The notes beneath the pieces are model-generated. The model was given only the letters and a program-made list of their open reading frames with translations, did not search any database and had not been told where the DNA came from. 44,320 nt of DNA from Psammoneis japonica (taxonomy: Eukaryota): assembly GCA_008632985.1 (NCBI GenBank), contig QPGO01000104.1, positions 248,001 to 292,320 on the forward strand. Direction: 5' to 3'. A program made the position numbers and the translations under genes. Position 1 is the first letter of the stretch. Each line of letters begins with the position of its first letter. This document shows positions 35,390 through 44,320 of this stretch, piece after piece.

Positions 35390-37000
35390 AATCTCACAAT
35401 TTCAAGTCCGCTCCATCTGTGCGGCAGCAGCAAAGCCATCTCTTCACCTTGGAAGACTCACATTCTTGTCCTCAAAAACAACTTTCTCGACTCCCCATGA
35501 ACTGGGATGGACAGCGCTCACATCGTGCAATTCCCTCTCCTCCAGATGCAAAACTCAGCATGAAGATCCTCTGGGAAGGTGGTCAGTGCAGATCTTTGAT
35601 GGGAAGAACGGCCGGCAAGTCATGTTTGTGTCATGTCATTATGTGTGCTCCAATTTGTCGTCCCTCGCAGGCAAGACCACGCATGTGCCCAACAAGTGGC
35701 CCTTCTTTGCCAACAGGTCGGGCAAATCCAGATCCTCGCCGAGCATTTTGCACCGATCTGACACGAATCTTAGAATGATCTCCAGATGAACCAAACCGTG
35801 ACATGATTTTGGTTGGAGATTTCAATGCTGATTTTTGCCATGACTCTGATGCTCTTGCCTCCATGGCTCAACAGTTCAACATGTCAGATGTCATGCACCA
35901 CCAACATGAAGACCTTGAATTCTCTGCCTGTGTGAGAGGTTCCAGGTGACTTGATTGTGTTTTGGTGACAGTGGTGCTTTGGCTGCAGTGAGACGATGCG
36001 GGTGCGAGTCGTTTGGGCACAGAATCTTGTCAGATCACCGGGTGCACCATGTTGATTTTGGCACAGCAGCTTCATTTGGGAATCTGTCCACAGACTTGCC
36101 ATGATTTCAATTCCGGGATCTTCAAGCATCTTCCCCCCAAACATGTGATTGCATGTCTTGAAGTGCTGGATCCCTTGATTTCCAGCTGCAATGTCCTTGC
36201 CTGGATGGAAGCTCTGCTCAAATCAGAGACACCGGATCACCAATCAGCAGAATGTTTGGACCAAGAAATGCTGCAGTCTTTGTTGTCAGTGGCAAAGAAA
36301 TGCCTCCATTGCAAGGAACTGGAATGGTCTGTCAAACTGGCTGTTCTTTGGAAGCAAGCATTTGTTTTGTCAAGAATGACGGTCATGTTCCGCAACCACA
36401 AGGACATGGTTCCATCCATTCTCAGAGCCAAGCACAAATTGTCTGTCTCATTTCCACTTCCTGCAACAATGCAGGAGTGCTCAACAGCTCCACGTTGATT
36501 TCGTTCTGAGTGTTGCCAAGTTGTGAAGGACAGTCAAAAGCACAGAGAAACTGAACAGGATGTGCTTGTCATGGAACTTGAACTTGAAGGCACCAAACAG
36601 TCTAAAGCTTGTGCAAGAATTCATCAAAATTCATGCTGTGCGGAAGAAACAAAGCAGGTCTTCAGGAAAATCAACACATGCAAGAAAACAGTGGATGCAG
36701 CATGAAGACAATGCAAGTGCGGAGGATCCGAATGACAACCCGAAGACATGTGAATCGTGGAAGACGGCAGATGCCCCCAAAGATGCAGCAGCGGCATTGC
36801 AATCCCAGAGTCAAGGTCACTTTGGCCAAGCTCAGGGAACCCCACCAACTGCACCCCCTCTGTCTGTCAATTCAGGCTGTGAAGGGAACACTGTTGTGGC
36901 AAGCTCCTGCCAGATGGCAAACATGAAACTGGCCAGCTGAATCTTGCCACTTCGTTGCTCATCCAGCATCTGCAGAGATGCACACCGCCAGCGGCATGAA
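35390..37000 (+). pseudogene. Non-LTR retrotransposon (LINE) fragment: AP-endonuclease and linker, RT missing
   Basis: DPLGRWSVQIFDGKNGR, PDPRRAFCTDL, ILVGDFNA, ACVRGSR*LDCVL (TY.RGS.RIDY-like), WSVKL and HFGQAQGTP.T.PPLS, as recalled from diatom LINEs. Confidence 0.8.
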
Positions 37001-37187
37001 ATCACATCTCGCTGGATGTCTGTCTTTCCAAATTGAAGATGTGGCCCAAATCAACCTCTGCTTCACTGAAGTCGGGCTCACATTTGGGACATTGGAAAGC
37101 CCTGCATGCTCCTCATTCGCACGCTGATGAGTCGGACTCCCAAGGCAATCCGTCTGCCAGAAAGGCTCATCTTGACCAAGTGCAAGG

Positions 37188-38473
37188 AGAGGATTGCGCG
37201 CCATCTGTCTCTGAAGAACAAATGGAGTCTTCTTTGTCAGCCAGAGAATTGTCAGATCTGGATTTTGTGCCTGTGGGGAATGTGTCCGGTGATCTTTCTT
37301 GGCGAGCGTCAATGTCTGCAAGAGCAAGAGACCAGCCAACGGAGTGCCCAAGGTGGGCGGAGAACTTGTCCTGTCCTGTCAATGGTGCACCAACAGCCCA
37401 GTTTGGTTTTGCCCATTTGGGGATTCCCAAAAATGGCAAGGGCAAGGGGGAATCACCTCACTCTTTTGGAGAATTCCCGGGAAATGAGGGCAATTTGGCA
37501 GGAAGGAATGACTGAAAGGGCTCAGGGAGGGGAACAAAAAATGAGTGCATTGCAGCAATTTCTGTTTGACAAGCCGGTGTGCCTTTTTCTTGTTTTCATG
37601 CAGCCGGGCAACAAGTTCGCAGGGCAGAAATTTGGCAGAGATGGTGCGTGCAGGACAAATCTGATTGCAGCGCAATTGACTGGCTGAGAACAGGGTGAGC
37701 ATTTGTGGCGTGATTGCTGTTTTTGATGCACAGGCACATGATGTGACAACATGCAACATGAAAGCATTGCGTGCAACAATTTCAATGGAAAATTTCAACG
37801 ACATGCTCAATGGTGACAAAGAGTGTGAAAATTTGATGGAGTTGCTGAGAGCAGAGCATGCATGTGCGGTCCAGCGCAATTTTGTCTTGCTTCAGGCGGG
37901 AATGTGGAAGACAAAAATGTTGGGTTGTGGGGCAATGATCATGTCAAAAATGAGTGAGCAAGAGTGGAGATGAATGACAAATGTGGAGCGCCAATGAGCA
38001 AACCTGCATTTCAGTCAGAGAGGTGTGCTCCCAACAAATGAAGGAGCACACCAAGAATTGCAAGGCGGGCGACAATGCCCTGTGACTCACGCACCCTTTT
38101 TTGCCTCTCTGATGTTCCGTCCAGAACAGAAGCAGCATGCAGGCCATGTCCATTCTCCTCCTGTCCAAGTGCCTGGGCCATTGGGCATTGTCACACGTGG
38201 CATCCACACAAATGGTCAGGAGCCATCTTGCAAGGCCACATTGCTTGCTTCTCTTGCTTGCAACACAGCTTGCAACCCACCTGGCATCTCTGCAGCTGTG
38301 TGCAATGAAAATGTCAGGACAGAAAAGGCCAGAACTCTGCTTTCCTGGACATCAAAGCCCTCTTGTTTGCAACTCTGTTCAATGCATCAAACATTTGCCT
38401 TTCAAAATGGCTCCATTTGTGCAACAATCACTTTTGCAAGTTCCACAATTTTGCCCAGTTGTGAGCCTGTCAC
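37188..38473. repeat. Duplicated segment C, copy 1 (lacks 1.3 kb present in copy 2)
   Basis: 37188-38365 matches 41718-42901, and 38366-38473 matches 44202-44309. Confidence 0.92.
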
Positions 38474-38849
38474 AACCCATCATTCATTTTGTTTAAGCCA
38501 TTCCCGCGCAAAGGAAACTTGTCCTCAAACTCACACAACAACCACTCATTTGAGGATTTCACGAACTTCTCCATCACAAAAGCATCCGCACTGTGCCAAC
38601 TCACCCACAATTCTGCCTTTGTTTCATGGCCACACCCTCTGCGTGTTTTTCTGCGCAAGCTCTGGTGCAGATGTGCCTTTTTCTGATGGTGCAATGACGG
38701 TTCTTGTCTGCCTGTTCAGACGTGTTCCTTTGTCGACATGCCATTGTTCCATGATCATTGACAATCTCATGCAGTGGAAAACGAATTGTGCCCAGCTCTC
38801 TTGGCTCAATCACTTTGCATTTTTCTTGGCATTTTTTGTTCTCACGTGC

Positions 38850-39550
38850 AAAGTTTCCACACAGGTCTCAGCACAAATTCTGCACATTCTGCAAGTCATT
38901 TCAGACGGACGACTTGTCAAACTGCCGATTGCTCTCTCTCCATGCCTCTCAAGCATCAAACACCCCCCCCCCTCTCTCTGTTGTCTGTTCAAGTTTCCTG
39001 CGTTGTGTGGCGAACATCTTCCTGTCGTTGCTCCTTTCAGAAGTTTGAAGAAGAGACCAATTCAGTGTGCACTGGCCAACCTTCCGCGCGCCGACAAGTC
39101 CACACAAGTTTCAGCGCAAGTTCTGCGTGTCAAGGAAACATTTTCAAATGGCCGATCTCCCAATCTCTTGACTGCTCTCTGTCCACACCTGCCAAGCTCC
39201 AAAGACCCCCCCTCTGCCCACTGTCCTTTTAAGTTCTCTGCTTTGTGCAGCGAATGCCTTTCCATCTTTGCTGCTTCCAGAAGTGTGAACTCGAGATGAA
39301 CTCAGCTTGATTTGGCTCTTGCCTGTTTGCCGATGCTTCCTGCCAAGTTCCTGCGCAAGACTCAGTGCAAGTTCTGCGTGTCATGAAAACATTTTCTGAC
39401 GGCCTGTTTTCCGATCATCCAATGGCTCTCCATCTGTGCCTGCCAAGCTTCAACGACCCCCCCGTTCCTCAGCGCCTTTTCAAGTTCTTTGTTCTGTGTG
39501 ATGAAATCCTTTTGTTGTTGCTGCTGCCAGAAGTTTGATTTTGAGACCAA
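38850..39550. repeat. Three diverged tandem units of about 247 bp
   Basis: TCAG.RCAA.TTCTGC...CATTT...GGC...CTCT...CAAGC..CAA..ACCCCCC...TCAAGTT recurs at about 38850, 39096 and 39344. Confidence 0.75.
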
Positions 39551-39944
39551 CTCGGTGGTTGGTGATGTTTTGGTCCCTGTTTGTGAAATTTACGGTGTTT
39601 GCTCTGTTTCAGATCCCTCCTCACTTTGGAACGTTCCAACATGGCTTGCTTCAGTGGAATGATCAGATCCAGTCAGAAGCAAAGAGCCACTCCATTGCTG
39701 TGGTTTCAAGTGCTTTGAAGGTGCCAAATCAATTTGCTGTTGCTGTCTGTGACGCCACTCCCAACTGTTCCCGGCGGGTGTCATCATTTGTTGGCAATGC
39801 CCATCTTGGCCAATCGCAATGCATTCCTGCTGCACACATGTGTGCTGGGGGTGTGGGTCAGCTTGTTGCTGGAGCTGCAGGGCGGAAGCGCAGCAGCACT
39901 TCAAACACAGAATTTTGGTTTTGTTTTTGTGCCAACTCACCCAA

Positions 39945-40800
39945 GCCCTTGGCCATTTTGTGCCATTTGAGATTCTGCTCCCTTTCTGATTTTGCGGCTT
40001 TGGCCATTTTGTGCCCTTTGTGATTTTGCACCCTTTGCCACCATTTTGCGCCCTTTGTGATTTTGCAGCTTTGGCCATTTTGCACCCTTTGTGATTTTGC
40101 ACCCTTTGCCCCCATTTTGCGCCCTTTGTGATTTTGTGGCTTTGGCCATTTTGTGCCCTTTGTGATTTTGCACCCTTTGCCGCCATTTTGCAGCTTTGGC
40201 CATTTTGTGCCCTTTGTGATTTTGCGCCCTGAGGCATCTCAAGCCCTTGGTCATTTTGCGCCCTTTGTGATTTTGAGCCCTTGGCCATTTTGCGCCCTTT
40301 GTGATTTTGCACCCTTTGCCGCCATTTTGCACCCTTTGTGATTTTGAGCCCTTGGCCATTTTGTGCCCTTTGTGATTGTGAGCTCTTGGCCATTTTGCGC
40401 CCTTTGTGATTTTGTGCCCTTTGTGGTTTTGCGCCCTTTGCTGCCATTTTGCACCCTTGGCCATTTCATGCCCTTTGAAGCATTGAGCACTTGGCCATTT
40501 TGCACCCTTTGTGGCATTGAGTCCTTGGCCATTTTGTGCCCTTTGTGATTTTGCACCCTTTTCCGCCATTTTGCACCCTTTGTGATTTTGCGCCCTTTGT
40601 GACTTTGCACCCTTTGCCACCATTTTGCACCCTTTGTGATTTTGAGCCCTTTGGCCATTTTTCCACCCTTTGTGGTTTTGCACCCTTTGCCGCCATTTTG
40701 GCCCTTTGTGATTTTGAGCCCTTGGCCATCTTGCACCCTTGGTCATTTTGCACCCTTTGTAATTTTGCGCCCTTTGTCGCGCCATTTTGAGCCCTTTCGC
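39945..40800. repeat. 17-bp minisatellite array, same family as 32976-33470
   Basis: About 850 bp of TTTTGYRCCC/TTTTGAGCCC plus TTTGTGA, TTGGCCA or TTTGCCGCCA units. Confidence 0.95.
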
Positions 40801-41717
40801 CCCTGTGCCATCACACACATTGTGGTCATTTGCACATGCTTCCCAAGGAAATGCAGCTGGGTCATGAAGCACTTGCTTTCCACGCCAAATGTGTGGTGTC
40901 ATGCATGGGCACAATCCTCTTTCAGGGTCACTCTGCTGTTGATCACGCACAGTTGCGCACACTCTTCAATCGAGTGTTCATGGGTGGGCCAATGCAAACA
41001 TGCGCATCAATGGGGGAGACACTTCTGAAGACCAAGGCAAAGAAAATTTCAAAGACAGCCTGAAAGCGCAGAGAAGAACATCTCACCTGCCAAACTTGGG
41101 AAGGGGTGTGTGAGTCCATGCTTGTTGAGCCGATGCAGGAATTGCCGACGCACCCTGCATCAGGTCACCCTTGGATCTCAATGACACAGGCTTCCATGGA
41201 CAACCATCATCTGGGGAAAAAATTCTAGATGACAGCAGGAAAAATCACCCTTGCACAAATGAGCAGGGCCAGAGTGCTCCCTGATGAATTGGCTGCAGCC
41301 AAGAGAGAGGCCTGCAATGTTGTTGATGGCAAGGCATTGCTCAAAACAGCGACACAATCCCTTCTCAGGATTGTGCCACAAGTGAGGCAGCACCAGGAAG
41401 TCAGGGCCAGGAGTCCGGTCAACCTTGGAAAGGAAGAGCTTCCTCCTGTGTTGCATTTCTGTTGTCCTCCAGAAACAACTTTTGGCAATGTGGTGTTCCC
41501 CAATTGAACAAAAACGGGTCAGAAAACGGCGCACAGCAGATGAGGAATGAGCGGAAAAAAGGACATGATGCGCCACATTTCTTGGCATGAGCGGATTTTC
41601 CAGAGGAGACACAGGTGCTTTTGGTGCCATCATTGCTTTGTCAGTGTCATCACAGTGGCTGCTGCCACAAAAAGATCATTGGAAAACTTGTCATCCCCCG
41701 CAAAGGGCATCACTCCA

Positions 41718-44320
41718 GAGAGGATTGCGTGCCATCTGTCTCTGCAGAACAAATGGAGTCTTCTTTGTCAGCCAGAGAATTGTCAGATCCGGATTTTGTG
41801 CCTGTGGGGAATGTGTCCGGTGATCTTTCTTGGCGAACGTCAATGTCTGCAAGAGCAAGAGACCAGCCAATGGAGTGCCCAAGGCGGGCGGAGAACTTGT
41901 CCTGTCCTGTCAGTGGCATGCCAACAGCTCAGTTTGGTTTTGCCCATTTGGGGATTCTCAAAAATGGCAAGGGCAAGGGGGAGTCACCTCCTCTTTTGGG
42001 GAATTCCCGGGAAATGAGGGCAATTTGGCAGGAAGGAATGACTGAAAGGGCTAGGGAGGGGAACAAAAAATGAGTGCATTGCAGCAATTTCTGTTTGACA
42101 GCCGGTGTGCCTTTCACTTGTTTTCATCCAGTCGGGCAACAAGTCCACAGGGAAGAAATTTGGCAGAGATGGTGCGTGCAGGACAAATCTGATTGCAGCG
42201 CAATTGACTGGCTGAGAACAGGGTGAGCGTTTGTGGTGTGATTGGTGTTTTTACTGCGCAGGCACATGATGTGACAACATGCAACATGAAAGCATCACAT
42301 GCAACAACTTCAATGGAAATTTCAACGACATCACTCAACGGTGACAAAGAGTGTGGAAATTTGATGGAGTTGCTGAGAGCAGAACATGCACGTGCAGGTC
42401 CAGCACAATTTTGTCTTGTTTCAGGTGGGAATGTCGAAGACAACAATTTTGGGTCATGGGGCAATGATCGTGTCAAAAATGAGTGAGCAAGGGTGGAAAT
42501 GAATGACAAATGTGGAGCGCCAGTGAGCAAACCTGCATTTCAGTCAGAGAGGTGTGAGGTGTGCCCCCAACAAATGAAGGAGTGCGCCAAGAATTGCAAG
42601 GTGGGCAACAATGCCCTGTGACTCGTGCACCGCTTTTTGCCTCTCTGATGTTCTGCCCAGAACAGAGCAGCACCCAGCTCATGTTCCTCCTCCTCCTGTC
42701 CAAGTGCCTGGGCCACTGGGCATTGTCACGTGTGGCATCCGCACAAGTGGTCAGGAGCCATCTCGCAAGGCCACATTGCTTGCTTCTCTTGCTTGCAACA
42801 CAGCTCGCAACCCATTTGGCATCTCTGCTGCTGTGTGCAATGAAAATGTCAGGACAGAAAATGGCCAGATCTCTGCTTTCCTGGACATCAAAGCCCTCTT
42901 GGATCCATCACGATGCCCAGCTGTTGCTTTTGACTCCACCAATGTTCATCTCAATGCCCTTGTGCAACAGACCTTTGGGTCTCACCTTGCAAATGTGGGA
43001 GCTCCCATGATTGTTGGCACTCAACGTTGGGTTGCAGTTGGGAGCAATGGCAAAATGGTCAACAACACTTGCACTGGGAACCTCTTCTTTAGCACCACTC
43101 AATCTTGGATGACAACAAGCCCACCCCAGAAAACCTGCTGGACAATTTGAGTGGACTTTGCTTCCAAACGGACAAAAGAAGCTTAGCCTCAGCTTTGGTT
43201 CAACCAACTCAGCCATGGTGGAGTCAACAAATGCGCGCAGCTGGCAGCATTCACCCCCTTTTTCTCTTGACTGATGATGACAAAGTTGCCCATGACAGCA
43301 CAATTGAGCACATTCATGGCAACAATCATGCTGGAGTTGGTGGAGAGCATTTCAAACTGACTCTTTGGAGCAAATTGCACGGATCTTCAAAAGTTTCATG
43401 GCAGCCCAGTTGTCAAAGAAGGCCACAAGAACGGTTTTTGTCAATTGCTCTTTTGCAAGCAGGTCAAGTTTTGTGCCGCTCTTTCCACCACAGACAAATG
43501 TGGTCATTCCAGCTGCGCGCTCATTGGATTTTGGCATGACAACACACGTCTGGGTCAGAGTGCTTTTGACGGGCTCCAATCCCAGGTGGGGCTTTTTGTG
43601 ACATTGGTGCACAGAATTCTGCGTGTGAGCTCCGCAGCAAAATCATCAAGCAATGAAAATGTGAATGATCGCTGACAGAAATAGAGGCAATTTTACGAAC
43701 GCATCTCCTCCTCCAAATTTGAAGTGCGTTGTTCACAGTTTGCCCGGGCATGTTCTTTGACATTGAAGAATGCACCCAATGCATTTTCATTGTCACAAGT
43801 GCAGAAAACAGAAAGCCTTTGGCTTGCAAAAGATGCAGTGTGGAGCAAATTTTTACAATGGAACACCAGAAATGCATGTGCAAAACATGCAACGGATGCA
43901 AAAAACAATCGTGTCACAGTCCAGCAGTGTGAGGTCCCACCCAGAGCTGGAACACGTCTTTTGCAGATTTGGGCTTCTTCTCCATTGGAGCAGATGGGTT
44001 CTTTCCCGCAATTCTTCATGGCGGGTCTCAGTCTGCCACATGATTGCTGGTGTCTGTCATGCAACCCTTTTTGTTTGTTCCTGTGTCAATCTCCCACTGC
44101 AAAAATCAGAAAGCTCATTTTCATTTCAACTGCATTGAATTTTTCCAAAAGCCAAAAAAAAGCACACTCATTTCATCTGCAAGCGTTGCACATGCATCTT
44201 GTTTGCAGCTCTGATCAATGCATCAAACATTTGCCTTTCACAATGGCTCCATTTGTGGAACAATCACTTTCACAATTCCACAATTTTGCCCAGTTGTGAG
44301 CCTGCCACAGCTCGTCATTC
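41718..44320. repeat. Duplicated segment C, copy 2 (longer copy; unidentified degenerate element, probably coding on plus)
   Basis: Matches 37188-38473 with an extra 42902-44201; runs to the window end. Confidence 0.85.

Larger units (their letters stand above)
8100..44320. other. TpA-depleted, TG/CA-enriched transposon-rich domain (hypermutated repeat compartment)
   Basis: Six TA dinucleotides in 8041-8100, then none until 8615, and TA stays rare to the window end. ORF translations here are nearly Tyr-free and Cys/His-rich. Confidence 0.95.

Noticed and set aside
39590..40962. Long K/G/A/Q-rich ORFs (also 32831-33542)
   Set aside because: Translations of the 17-bp satellite; the period is not a multiple of three.
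8184..44299. Hundreds of overlapping Cys/His-rich ORFs in all six frames
   Set aside because: Side effect of TpA loss, which removes TAA/TAG stops and Tyr codons; not real metal-binding proteins.
8100..44320. Alternative genetic code or Tyr-codon reassignment
   Set aside because: TA loss is frame-independent and affects LTRs and satellites, while neighbouring genes use Tyr and TAA/TAG normally.
8100..44320. Classical fungal RIP or CpG decay as the sole explanation
   Set aside because: Both are C-to-T and would raise or spare TpA; neither converts Tyr codons to Cys or His.

Overview
Eukaryotic genomic DNA, most likely a diatom (inferred from diatom-type Copia, gypsy, LINE and Plavaka/CACTA-like remnants, compact genes and N-terminal RGG motifs). 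The window has two sharply separated compartments. Bases 1 to about 8.1 kb are gene-dense with ordinary composition: an SLC17/ACS-type MFS transporter, a MYND zinc-finger protein, a metallophosphoesterase and an acidic protein with a C-terminal membrane anchor. Bases about 8.1 to 44.3 kb are a nest of decayed elements: an internally deleted Copia LTR element, a full-length gypsy element interrupted by a MITE, a Plavaka/CACTA-like transposase with peptidase-like partner ORFs, a second Copia gag, a LINE fragment, 17-bp satellites and segmental duplications. The main observation is that TpA dinucleotides almost vanish abruptly at about 8100 and stay rare to the end. Conserved Tyr codons read Cys or His, and paired LTRs differ by reciprocal TG/CA swaps. 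This points to post-integration, two-strand A:T-to-G:C hypermutation at TpA confined to the repeat domain, the opposite direction to fungal RIP, on top of ordinary CpG decay. All calls come from reading by eye; no searches were run.
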